Source: Lingula anatina (taxonomy: Eukaryota > Animalia > Brachiopoda). From it: a DNA stretch of 64,000 nt. The stretch is taken from positions 19,304,534-19,368,533 of the forward strand of contig CM120644.1 in assembly GCA_051362555.1 (NCBI GenBank). Reading direction: 5' to 3'. Below, piece by piece: positions 14,361 to 27,075 of this stretch. The position numbers and the translations under genes are program-made. The notes under the pieces were generated by a model. It was not told where the DNA came from, did no database searches, and saw nothing but the letters and a program-made list of their open reading frames with translations. Numbering within the stretch: the stretch's first letter is position 1; each line of letters starts with the position of its first letter.

Positions 14361-15206
14361 TCGTTGAAGCTCATGACTTTGAGTCTGTTTCTGCTAAATT
14401 TATACACAATATACATATATAACACAATGCCTGGACCCTGGTTATAATTATCTGTTGCAGTGCCAGAACCCTCTCCCTCCTTGCACGAGTTTCTTAGAAA
14501 GCAGGCGATGAACCTGTTGCTGATATTGGTTGCAGTCCATTACAAATCCAAAGTCTCACCTCTTGCACGTCGCCATCTATACTAATCAATGTTTATAAAT
14601 ATGGCGTATCAGGCTAAAGGTGATGCCGAAAAGCCGAATTTTCATCAAATGTTCTGTACACATCTTCCTCCAGGACACTTTTCTAAGATGGTTCTGTTAT
14701 AAATTCTTTCGGCAAACTTAATCCGTGAGTTCAGGATGAGACATCTGAAGTGAAGGACACATATGGTATTGACTGTGTCAGTTGTTCACTGTTCATATCA
14801 CGATGCAATGTGCTTGTGAAGATTTTACAATATGTGCTACAGAATGTTGACGTGCAGATTAAAAGTGCTTTTGGAGAACTGACAAGATTGCACACCGTCA
14901 TCTACTTCAAGTTTTGCCATTCCCTTTTCATCTGTAGTTTTGCATTGGCTTATGAAGGTAAGATAATTAACTGGAGAACTGATGTTGTATCTGATTTATA
15001 AGTAGACCCTTTTCCTCCTCAGCCTTGACTTACAACAACGCGTTATTTTTTTTGTAAGATTTTTATATTTTTTTCTTCACAGTTAATATGATGTACACAT
15101 GTAGTAAACCTACTAAAATTACTCTAATATTCTGCATCTTAAGGAAAAAGCCTCAGATCACCGACCTTTTTTTTTTTGTCTTTTCCAGTCCATCATCTGA
15201 CTCCAC

Positions 15207-15762
15207 ACTACACTGTACTAGGAGACACAGGACTATACTGCCACAATGGAACACAATGACTCCAGACTACTACACTGTACTAGGAGGCACGGGACTATAC
15301 TGCCACAATGGAACACAATGAATCCTGACTACTACACTGTACTAGGAGGCAGAGGACTATACTGCCACAATGGAACACAATGACTCCAGACTACTACACT
15401 GTACTAGGAGGCACGGGACTATACTGCCACAATGGAACACAATGACTCCAGACTACTACACTGTACTAGGAGGCAGAGGCCTATACTGCCACAATGGAAC
15501 ACAATGACTCCAGACTACTACACTGTACTAGGAGGCAGAGGACTATACTCCCACAATGGAACACAATGACTCCAGACTACTACACTGTACTAGGAGGCAG
15601 AGGACTATACTGCCACAATGAAACACATTGACTCCAGACTACTACACTGTACTAGGAGGCAGAGGACTATACTGCCACAATGGAACACAATGACTCCAGA
15701 CTACTACACTGTACTAGGAGGCACGGGACTATACTGCCACAATGGAACACAATGACTCCAGA
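15207..15762 (+). repeat. 62-bp minisatellite, about 9 units
   Basis: ctactacactgtactaggaggc...ggaacacaatgactccaga recurs at 15267, 15329, 15391, 15453 and onward. Confidence 0.95.
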
Positions 15763-16079
15763 ATAATTTTCAAGATTTTTAGATAACAACATGAACTTCA
15801 TTTATCAAATCTTCTCACGTAGATCACATTGTTCTCTGGATCTTAACATATTTTAGTGAATTTTTGAATCTGTAATGCTGCTTAATTACAGCCGGTCAGC
15901 AATTTTGTATTTTGATCTGTTTGTGCCCCTCCGGGCCAAAACAGCTATAGGAACTTTTTTAATTAAAATGGAGAGAACAGACTAATTTGTTCGGTTCCTT
16001 GTCTTTCTATACTAGCTCCCAATGGTCCGTCACCATGGCGAGAGCACTTTTCCATAGTGTATCAACTTTATTCTCCGTG

Positions 16080-16117
<38 letters not shown>

Positions 16118-16454
16118 GTATTCAAATGATCAATTCTGTTTAACAGATAGTAGAGGACTATTATTGCCTGTCTGACACAGAGGAGGAAAATGACTCTCAA
16201 GGATTGCAAAATTTAAGGAAACCAAAAATAAATATGTGCATTTTCAAAGAAGGCAGTAAAGCAGTCAGATGTACGAACAAAGAGCATAAAATAATGATAC
16301 AGTTTATCAATTCGGATACAATAATCAACATAGGGTGCAACCCACTCTCAGCAGGTTGGCTGTCATGGATCACCATGCCTCTCGATCTTGTGTCATTGGT
16401 ATATGCTTTTTCAATATTTTTGATTGGTTCATTCTTTAACATTATCCATTTAAC

Positions 16455-19400
16455 CCAGAAACCCACTGTAAGGAGTAATCTGCATCTGACATTGATGGTA
16501 AGGAAAAGTGTTCTATGGGTATATATTATTTTCCAGGTGACAGTTATAGGTAATTTGCAACCTCCTACACAAACAAACCCAAATCACATTTGCTGTATTT
16601 TTTTTTTTTTTGAGAGAGAAAATAGTACTTTGCAATATTGAAATATTTGTTTTCGTTAATTCTCACTCTTCTGATTATCAATTTCCAATGAACTTGACAC
16701 TTGAAAAAAGACACAGACAACTAAAATCACAGATTACAAGTGTTGCTAACCTTAATTTGTACAAATATCAGAAACAGTGAAAAAGATTTGACAAAATTAT
16801 TAACATTTAACTATTTTAAGTCATTGAATTTGCCAGTCTTTTCAATGTTATTTTCAGTTCTTTCAGTTATATTGTTCTTTTTCCAGAGTACCCTTACCAT
16901 GAAAAAGCAGGCAGTGAAAGACAAGACCAAGAGCAGGACTATATCTCATCCATGTGTACAGTGCACTATATTTGGCAGGATTTAGGACATTGTCAGATAT
17001 TGTGATAACAACAACCCCTTCCAGAATCCCATATTAAGGAGTAATCTGCATCTGGCATTGGTAGTAAGGAGAAGTCATTTATGGGTATATATTGTTTTCC
17101 AGATGACAGTTTAAGTAACTTGCAACTTCCAACACAAAAAACTTCAAATCATCACATTTGCTGTTTTCTTTCAGAGTAAATAAGACATTGCAATATTGAA
17201 ATATTTGTTTCAGTTAATTCTCACTCTTCTGATGATCAATTTCCCATTAACTTTACCATTACAAAAAGACACAGACAACTGATCAGCTTATCACAGATTT
17301 TTCTTGTTATTAAAGATCATTTGTACAGATTTCAGAAACATTGGACAACATTTTTTAAAATTATTAACGTTTAACTATTTTCAGTCATGGAATTTTGCAG
17401 TCTTAATTTTCAGTGTAACATTCACTTTTCTCAAATATATCATCCGAAGACAATACTTTGCATTAGTCACAGTCAACTAATCAGCTTATCACAGATTTTT
17501 ATTGTTGTTAAGCATCATTTGTACAAATTTCAGAAATATTGGAACATTTTTGACAAAGTTATTAGCATTTAACTATTTTAAGTCCTACGATTTCCCGATC
17601 TTTTCAATGTAATTTTTTAGTTGTCCGAAATACATTGTCCTAAAAAAAACTTTTCCTTAGATACAGTCAACTGATCAGCTTATCACAGATTTTTATTGTT
17701 ATTAAGCTTTATTTGCACAAATTTCAGAAATATTGGAACATTTTTGACAAAGTTATTAGCATTTAACTATTTTAAGTCCTACGATTTCCCAGTCTTTTCA
17801 ATGTAATTTTTTAGTTGTCCGAAATACATTGTCCTAAAAAAAACTTTTCATTAGATACAGTCAACTGATCAGCTTATCACAGATTTTTATTGTTATTAAG
17901 CTTTATTTGCACAAATTTCAGAAATATTGGACTAGATTTGACAAAATTACTAACGTTTAACTATTTTAAGTCCTGCGATTTCCCAGTCTTTTCAATGTAA
18001 TTTTTAGTTTTCCCAAATATATTGTCCTTAAAACACTTTTCATTAGATACAGTCAACTGATCAGATTATCACAGATTTTTATTGTTGTTAAGCATCTTTT
18101 GTACAAATTTCAGAAATATTAGACCAGATTTGACAAAATTATTAACGTTTAACTATTTTAAGTCATTGAATTTGCCAGTCTTTTCAATGTAATTTTCAGT
18201 TCTTTCAGTTATATTGTTCTTTTTCCAGAGTACCCTTACCATGAAAAAACAGGCAGTGAAAGACAAGACCAAGAGCAGCACTATATCTCATCCATGTGTA
18301 CAGTGCACTATATTTGGCAGGATTTGGGACGTTGTCAGATATTGTGATAACAACAACCCCTTTCAGAATCCCATATTAAGGAGTAATCTGCATCTGGCAT
18401 TGGTAGTAAGGAGAAGTCATTTATGGGTATATATTGTTCTCCAGATGACGGTTTAGGTAACTTGCAACTTCCTACACAAACAACCTCAAATCATCACATT
18501 TGCTGTTTTATTTCAGAGTAAATAGTACATTGCAATATTGAAATATTTGTTTTGGTTAATTCTCACTCTTCTGATGATCAATTTTTGATTAATTTTTTAG
18601 TTTATCATCCGAAGACAATACTTTTCATTAGTCACAGTCAACTTATCAGCTAATCACAGATTTTTATTGTTGTTAAGCATCATTTGTGCAAATTTCAGAA
18701 ATATTGGAACATTTTTGACATAGTTATTAGCATTTAACTATTTTAAGTCCTACGATTTCCCAGTCTTTTCAATGTAATTTTTCAGTTGTCCTAAATATAT
18801 TGTCCTGAAACACACTGCTCATTAAATACACTCAACTGATGAGCTTATCACAGGTTTTTATTGTTGTCAAGCATCATTTGTACAAATTTCAGAAACATTG
18901 GACAAGATTTGACAAAATTATTAAAATTTAAGTATTTTAAGGCCTGCAATTTGCCAGTCTTATCAATGTAATTTTTAGTTTTCCCAAATATATTGTCCTA
19001 AAAAAACTTTTCCTTAGATACAGTCAACTGATCAGCTTATCACAGATTTTTATTGTTGTTAAGCATCTTTTGTACAAATTTCAGAAATATTGGACTAGAT
19101 TTGACAAAATATTAACGTTTAATATTTTAAGTCCTGCAATTTGCCAGTCTTTTCAATGTAATTTTTAGTTTTCCCAAATATATTGTCCTAAAAAAACACT
19201 TTTAATTAGTCACAGTCAGTTGATCAGCTTATCACAGATTTTAATTGTTATTAAGCTTTATTTGCACAAATTTCAGAAATATTGGACTAGATTTGACAAA
19301 ATTACTAACGTTAAACTATTTTAAGTCCTGCGATTTCCCAGTCTTTTCAATGTAATTTTTAGTTTTCCCAAATATATTGTCCTAAAAAAACACTTTTAAT

Positions 19401-21975
19401 TAGTCACAGTCAGTTGATCAGCTTATCACAGATTTTAATTGTTATTAAGCTTTATTTGCACAAATTTCAGAAATATTGGATTAGATTTGACAAAATTACT
19501 AACGTTAAACTATTTTAAGTCCTGCGATTTCCCAGTCTTTTCAATGTAATTTTTAGTTTTCCCAAATATATTGTCCTAAATAAACCCTTTTCATTAGATA
19601 CAGTCAACTGATCAGATTTTCACAGATTTTTATTGTTGTTAAGCATCTTTTGTACAAATTTCAGAAATATTAGACCGGATTTGACAAAATTATTAACGTT
19701 TAACTATTTTAAGTCATTGAATTTGCCAGTCTTTTCAATGTAATTTTCAGTTTTCTGAGTTATATTTTTTCTTTTTCCAGAGTACCCTTACCATGAAAAA
19801 GCAGGCAGTGAAAGACAGCACCAAGAGCAGCACTATGTCTTATCCATGTGTACAATACATGATATTTGGCAAGATTTAGGACATTGTCAAATAATGTGAT
19901 AACAACACCCCCTCCCAGAAACCCATTGTAAGGAGTAATCTGCATTTGGCATTGGTAGTAAGGAGAAGTCTTGTATGGGTATATATTGTTTTCCAGATGA
20001 CAGTTATAGGTAATTTGCAACCTCTTACACAAACAACCTCAAATCATCACATTTGCCATTTTCTTTTAGAGTAATTAATACATTGCAATATTGAGATATT
20101 TGTTTTGGTTAATTGTCACTTTTCTGATGATGAATTTCCTATAAACGTGACACTTAAAAATTAACAGAGACAGCTGATCAGCTTATCACAGGTTTTTATT
20201 GTTGTTAATTATCATTTGTACAAATTTCATAAACATCGGACAAGATTTGACAAAATCATTAATGTTTAACTATTTTAAGGCCTGCAATTAGCCAGTCTTT
20301 TCAATGCAATTTTCAGTTTTCCCAAATATATTGTCCTTAAAAACACTATTCATTAGTTACAGTCATATGATCAGCTTATCACAGATTTTAATTGTTGTAA
20401 ATTATAATTTGTACAAATTTCATAAACATTGGACAAGATTTGACAAAATTATTAATGTTTAACTATTTTAAATCATTGAATTTTCCAGTCTTTTCAATGT
20501 AATTTTCAGTTTTCCTAAATATATTGTCCTTAAAAACACTATTCATTAAACACAGTCATATGATCAGCTTATCACAGATTTTAATTGTTGTTAAGCATCA
20601 TTTGTTTAAATTTCAGAAATATTGAACAAGATTTAACAAAATTATTAATGTTTAACTATTTTAAGGCCTGCGATTTGCCAGTTTTTTCAATGCAATTTTC
20701 AGTTTTCCCAAATATAATGTCCCCAAAAAAGCTTTTCTTTAGTCACAGTCAACTGATTAGCTTATCACAGATTTTCATTCTTGTTAATAATCAATTGTTT
20801 TAATTTAAGAAATATTGAACAAAATTTAACAAAATTATTAATGTTTAACTATTTAAAGGCCTGAGATTTGTCAGTCTTTTCAATGTAATTTTCAGTATTC
20901 CAAAATATATTTTCACAAAAAACACTATTCATAAGACACAGTCAACTGATCAGCTTATCACAGATTTTTATTCTTGTTAAGCATCATTTGTTCAAATTTT
21001 AGTAATATTGGCCAAGATTTGACAAAATTATTAATGTTTAACTAATTTAAATCATTGGATTTGCCCGTCTTTTCTATGTAATTTTCAGTTTTCTGAGTTA
21101 TATTTTTTTTCCAGAGTACCCTTACCATGAAAAAGCAGGCAGTGAAAGACAGCACCAAGAGCAGCACTATGTCTTATCCATGTGTACAATACATGATATT
21201 TGGCAAGATTTAGGACATTGTCAACTATTGTGATAACAACAACCCCTTCCAGAAACCCATTGTTACAGTAAGGATTAATCTTCATCTGGCATTGGTAGTA
21301 AGGAGAAGTCTTGTATGGGTATATATTGTTTTCCAGATGACAGTTATAGGTAATTTGCAACCTCTTACACAAACAACCTCAAATCATGACATTTGCTGTT
21401 TTCTTTTAGAGTAAATAATACATTGCAATATTGAAATATGTTTTGGTTAATTCTCACTCCTTTGATGATCAATTTCCCATAAACTTGACACTTAAAAGAA
21501 GACAGACAACTGATCAGCTTATCCCAGATTTTTATTGTTGTTAAGCATCATTTGTACAGATTTCAGAAACATTGGACAATTTTTTAAAAAAATTATTAAC
21601 GTTTAACTATTTTAAGTCATGGAATTTTGCAATGTTAATTTTCAGTATAATATTCAGTTTTCTAAAAAAATACTATCCGAAGACAAGACTATTCATTAGT
21701 CACAGTCAAACGATCAGCTTATCACAGATTTTTACTATTGTTATGCATCATTTGTACAAGTTTCAGAAATATTGGACTAGATTTCACAAAATTATTAACG
21801 TTTAACTTTTTTACGGCCTGGGATTTCCCAGTCTTTTCAATGTAATTTTCAGTTTTACCAGATATATTGTTTCAAAAAAATCTTTTCATTAGTCAAAGTC
21901 AACGGATAAGTTTACCATAGATTTTTATCTTTGTTAAGCATCATTTGTACCAATTTTATAAAGATTTGACAAAAT
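16455..21975 (+). repeat. Higher-order tandem repeat: ~193-bp satellite interleaved with a repeated ~400-bp block
   Basis: cagtca(a/g)(c/t)tgatcag at 17664, 17858, 18050, 19021, 19213, 19407 and 19601. The block ttccagagtacccttaccatgaaaaa starts at about 16881, 18223, 19774 and 21109, with a partial copy at 16455. Confidence 0.92.
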
Positions 21976-22908
21976 TATATATTATATTTGTATTTTGGTT
22001 CGTTTGCAGTCGTCTTCAGAAAATTCGTACATTTTTTCAAGTACATACACCATTAAAAGCTCTTTTACTATTTAAAATTCTCCCTTTGAATGACTTAGTA
22101 TTTTAGGCTGGTTTCTTATAATCATCAAAAATATTTACAAAAAATACATCTTAATTTTAGATTAACTTTTTGGATCGAAAAGTACCATAGATCACAGCGA
22201 TTGTCCCAAGAGAGGATTGAAGATTAATCCAGCGAACTTTGTAAGTATATTTTTTGGACTTCATATGAAAAAAAATACATCTGTCTTTTTTAGAAACCAC
22301 TTTATTTTCCTATTAAATGTAATTTTCAATGGAAATTAGTCCAGAATAACATAGTTAAAACAAGTTTTGTCTTCCTTTAAATTTCTGTATACTGTCCTTC
22401 TAAAATTAACAATAAAATTTTGAAATGCAGCTGTGGTGAGATTTGACACAAATGATTTTTTAAGATATTTAAGAAATAAGTGATTTTATAGTTCTTTAAA
22501 GTGCTATTATCAATAATTTTATGTGCCACTTTGAATAAATGGAAATTTGTTGAATCAGTTTTTATAATATTACAGGTGGTCCTACAGAGTGTACAAGAAG
22601 CAGAAGCAGGCAGGACCTGCCTAGAAGGGATGGACCTTGTTCTATTTTTTATTTGGTTAGTAAAGTACAATATATGACTGCAATATCATGTTTGTTGTTG
22701 ATAAACAGATTTAAGAATATTTCTGTTCAGTGACAGAACAGTCACTGAACAATTTCAGAAAAAGATAATTGTTACTGTTCTTACATGCCATTTACAATTT
22801 AAAGATATTTGCATATGACTTCAAGTGTAACTCAAAACCTGTCTTTGAAGAATTAATTTAATTTAATTTAATAATAGATTCAATTTAATTGTCTATTGTA
22901 TTTTTCAG

Positions 22909-24577
22909 CTGAGGAGACAGTAAAACCCACATCAAGTCAGACATGTCCTTGCAAGAATGGTGTCAAATGTAAGCCAGATCCAGAAACTGGTGGGCTGGTG
23001 TGTTTGTGCTTGAATAGTAAGTATCTGGGTTAGAAAAACAATTATTATAAAGAAATTGAAAATGTTGTTGTAATTGAGATGAAAACGTGATTTGTGTCAG
23101 TAATCAAAAAGCACAGCAAACACATGACGATTTTAATAGGAAGAGGAAATGTAGTTGGTGCCAAGCTGATGATTTTACAAATCAAAAATACATTCATGGA
23201 GTTTGTGGAGATGAAGAAAACCAGGGTTTGCTGTTGTATACTGGCTGTTTATAAATCTACCCAAGTTTATGAATTGGTATAATTAAAGAAAAATGCAGCA
23301 TGGCTTGCCTACATCTGAGATGGCAGAGTGATGTTTTTGTTTAAATGTTATTTAAAGTCAATAATTTTGTCACTCTGTATTTAAATAAATTAGATCAAAT
23401 TTCAGACTATTATGGGGAATACTGTGAAAAGGAGCCTTCAGCATTCACTGGAGCTGATGCAAGTTAACGTAAGTTGATAGTAGACCACAGAATCTTTTTT
23501 TAACATCCTTTTTGAGGTCAAATTAAAAAGACTGTATTCAAAATTCATTTTGTTGATTATCATATTTCATAGTAAGTTTCTTTTAACATTTTGCATCTAA
23601 GCAAATTCATCTTACATGTATGTCAGTCTTGGTTGTTTTTGTTAAATTGCTGTATGGTATTTTTATCAGTCCCTTTGATGAATTATTTTCCTTCCTGTTT
23701 TGAAACATTCCCAGTAAATATGTTATTTCAGAAACGGCTGCCATTGTGGTCCTCATTATACTTGTGGTCATCCTATTAGAGGTCATTATTGTTGTGTTCC
23801 TATTTCTGCAAACAAGATAGGATTCTCTCTCTCTCTCTCTCTCTTGCAGTGAATTTTAAGAAATATTTGTTGAGCCGTCTTAGATGATACATGTATCATA
23901 TGCATCTTGGAAAATAAGGTATTCAGTATCAAACAATTTTTTCTTAAAGGCACATGAGGTATAATCATTGCAGCAAATAGTCCAAATCTTAATCTTTTGG
24001 TAATGATATCAAACAATTCCCTTGCATATTGAAAAAGTTGATTTCAGTATGAACAAGGCCCTGCAAATTTGATCAGTAAAAGATTTGAGGGTTTCATTTG
24101 AATAAGCAGTTGAGACCAAAGACAGAAGATTTAGAACTTTGAAGTTTTCAGTATTTATCATTTTGTGTTAATGCTTCATTAACTGGACATTTCTATTTAC
24201 ATAAGTATAAAGTACATAAGTATATTGTATAAAGTGCTCATCTTTTTTTCTCATAGGATGCAATGGAACCAGACTACAACAAAACAGGATTTTGAAGACC
24301 ACAACAAACCGACCAATTTCTCCAACCCAATGTATGACATTATAAAAGGATTAGAACCTGCTAATCCCCCTAATAGGATAAGAACCTGCTAATCCCCCTA
24401 AAAAAGGACATGACCAGCCCCACTCACTCCAATGGGGTAGCAGACAACCAGTCATCAGAGATCACTGTCCATAAAGAACTCCTTCAGTCCTTCAGTAACG
24501 GAAAACGATTACAACACTGATGTTTTAGTCACTAATACAGATGAGACCAAAGATTTTTTTGAGCATAAAGATTCTTG
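22909..24577 (+). pseudogene. LRP2: LRP2/megalin-like C-terminal exons (EGF, TM, NPxY tail), disrupted
   Basis: Exons 22909-23016 and 23406-23468 splice to TCPCKNGVKC...LVCLCLNNYYGEYCE (juxtamembrane EGF). The exon from 23732 gives TM TAAIVVLIILVVILLEVIIVVFLFL. The exon from 24257 contains TNFSNPMYD (24315-24335). In-frame TAA at 23465-23467, and the tail is frameshifted. Confidence 0.7.
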
Positions 24578-26325
24578 ATGGTCTTTCCACAGCTGAGGCA
24601 AAGCTCAGAGAGATATATCTGGCACAAAGCAGAATAGAAGTCGGTAGTTATGAAGAAACTTTATTATGAAGTTATATATCAAATCTATACAAAATATTTG
24701 TTCTTGTGACACAAGTCAATGTAACAGTGGAGCTGAAATGAAGATTCCAGATAAAAAATGCAAAATAGCGCTTTGCGGTTTGTTTTAATACATTATCCTA
24801 GAAGTACATGAGTGTTGGGTACCATGTTGGTGTACTCAACATTCCAAAAACTTTTGTCTTGGTTCAGAAAAAGGGTAGAAGATAAATTTATATTTTATAG
24901 TATACAACTGTAAGTCATGGTGAAATGTAACCAAAGTTAGACAAGAACAATAATGATTAAAAATAAAAATGTTAGCAGAAAGTCCATGTTGGTACGTGTT
25001 TATCTTTTTAGGTTTTCGTTTATCCTATTAGGTCTTCTGTAGTACATTCAATATAACCATCACCCTCCAATACAGGTGCTGTTCAATGATATGTTTAAAC
25101 TTTAAAAAGTGTAAGGTTCGATTTTCTATTCACCGATGGAGAAGTAATCAACAAGAGTTGTAGATTTCATAACAGCTTTATTCCCCACTGCCTAAGTTTC
25201 TCCCTCTTCTGTATCTACTGGTAACAAAGTTGTTCTGTCCCTTACATAAACTATCACTGGGACTGTGTGCTTTTTGGTCAGGTAGAAGCGAAACTCCGCC
25301 CGTGAGTATTCCCTCTGTCTTCACGCAGGAAGCAACTCCCCAATTTTGAGCTTTTACATTATCAGAGTAAATTCTTATTTTGATGGCAAAATATATTTTA
25401 AAACCAAAACCTGCTGCCGATTTTTAGCATTAAGGAGAAATTTCAGTTTAATTTTTCATTTTTAATATTTGTTTAGTCTCTCATAGTTCTCCATAAAGCT
25501 GCCTTGTTTTAATGTTTTTATTCTGTATCTTTTTTTTAATATGATATTTAATAAGATATCTGGAAATAATATCTTGCTTAGGTGTTGACCGTTGCATTAA
25601 GTCTAAAAATGTAATAAAATGACCCCCCCCCCCCCCCGGCATTTTTTTGATAAAAGCATGTTAAGATCAACGATTTTTTAAATAAAAAATAAAAAGCAAA
25701 ATACATGTAGATTTTGATTGTCGATTTAAACAATGGAAATTGATACAATACCTTAGAATATGTAGACTGCTTATTTACCAATGTGGACTTGAGACTTTGA
25801 AAGGATAAGTGCTCATGTAAAATTATTCATTTATTCAGTTTATACACAATTTACAGCAACAGAAGAATAAATACGTGTTAAATCAATGTCAAGTCTGCAT
25901 TTTAGATGTAGAAAATATATAACAGTTCTTTTAAGACACAACAGCTGTAAAGTCTCAATACACTTGGAAGTGCTTTATTTGAAATCATTACCAATTTGAA
26001 TTTACACTGATTCATACCTTCCTCAATCTGTCATTTTTTATGTCAGTTTTACTCAAATCTATTTGTCTAAAATTAAAGGGAAAACAACTCTTTGTCACAA
26101 TAAATAAACAACTAGCAGAAATATCGTAAATTATACTTTACCACCAAAACGGCGGTAAACTCAATTATTCTGGAATCTTGGCAAGTTGCCATCGGTTCAC
26201 GTGACCTCACCTCCATATAAAAGGGGGAGACCAAAAAAAAAAAAAACTTAATAATAATAAAAAATAAAAGCAGAATTATAGAAAAAAGGACTATTAAACT
26301 TTGAATGTTGGAATGGCTTTATTAA

Positions 26326-26774
26326 AGGGATAATACTCTTTGTATGAGATCTATATTTCACATTAAAAAACGTGAACAACCCATAGAAATATATATTCTG
26401 CTCTACCACAAAAACGGCAGTTAAAGCTATTATTCTGATATCTGAGCATCAGACCACGTGACCTTCATTGATGGCTATTCTCTGTTATAATCTCTTTAGA
26501 GATTATGACAAAAAACTTTTTAGAAAAATAAGGGACCTTAAATGAATGTAAAATTGGATTCATTAACTATTAGTAAAGTATGGGAAATTGTTGTCCCTAA
26601 CGAAAAAAGTCTTATAGGATCCTATAAGCTAGATCCTATAGGATCCTACAGGAAATTGGGCCAATTTCCTATAGTATCCTTTAGGATCTTATAGGATCCT
26701 ATAGGACGTTTTCGTAAGGGGTTTACTCCAGGATTTTTTTTTTTTTTTTGCCAAAATGAAAAGTTATTAGCCCT
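26326..26774 (+). mobile_element. Kolobok-like non-autonomous element (TTAA TSD)
   Basis: ttaa|agggataata...tattagccct|ttaa. Related copies at about 11540, 26076, 50680 and 54698. Confidence 0.7.
26595..26720. mobile_element. Palindromic mini-MITE (CCC...GGG, 2-bp TSD gt) nested in the Kolobok-like element
   Basis: gt|ccctaacgaaaa...ttttcgtaaggg|gt with internal cctataggat repeats. Sister copies read ttgttgtttactccagg (empty site). Confidence 0.8.
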
Positions 26775-27075
26775 TTAACAATTGGTTAGTATGGGAAACA
26801 CTTACCCAAGGAAAATAAAATTGTGGCAGAAATTAACAGTTGTTATATCTTTAATAGTACTCAAAACTCTGCACCCGACTAATGAATCCCTGCATCAGTG
26901 CTACTTACACCCTGTGTTGGGGGTGGGAGTAATTTTGGGGATCCCATGTATTAACACAAAGACACGGGGGGTACAGGGGCACTCGTGTATATTGAACATT
27001 CCATTTCACAAAATTCAGATAACTTCGAATGTTTCTGCCATTATGATTTCAACAAAACCCCAATCACCTTCCAGG

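Larger units (their letters stand above)
82..15762 (+). repeat. Segmental duplication, copy 1 (paralog of about 50376-64000)
   Basis: Collinear similarity throughout. For example, 82 ttttatatcaatgctaagtttatatatgatatc matches 50377 ttttgtattaatactaagtttatatatggtatc. Same order of ZNF, HEATR3 remnant, CBM20 gene and 62-bp minisatellite. The left boundary probably lies outside the window. Confidence 0.9.

Noticed and set aside
15207-15762. Coding repeat or CRISPR-like array
   Set aside because: Near-identical 62-bp units with no spacers; the unit length breaks frame and contains stops.
16204-16641. 145-aa ORF as a gene
   Set aside because: Non-ATG start, runs into the repeat block, and its paralogous blocks contain stops; no recognisable domain.
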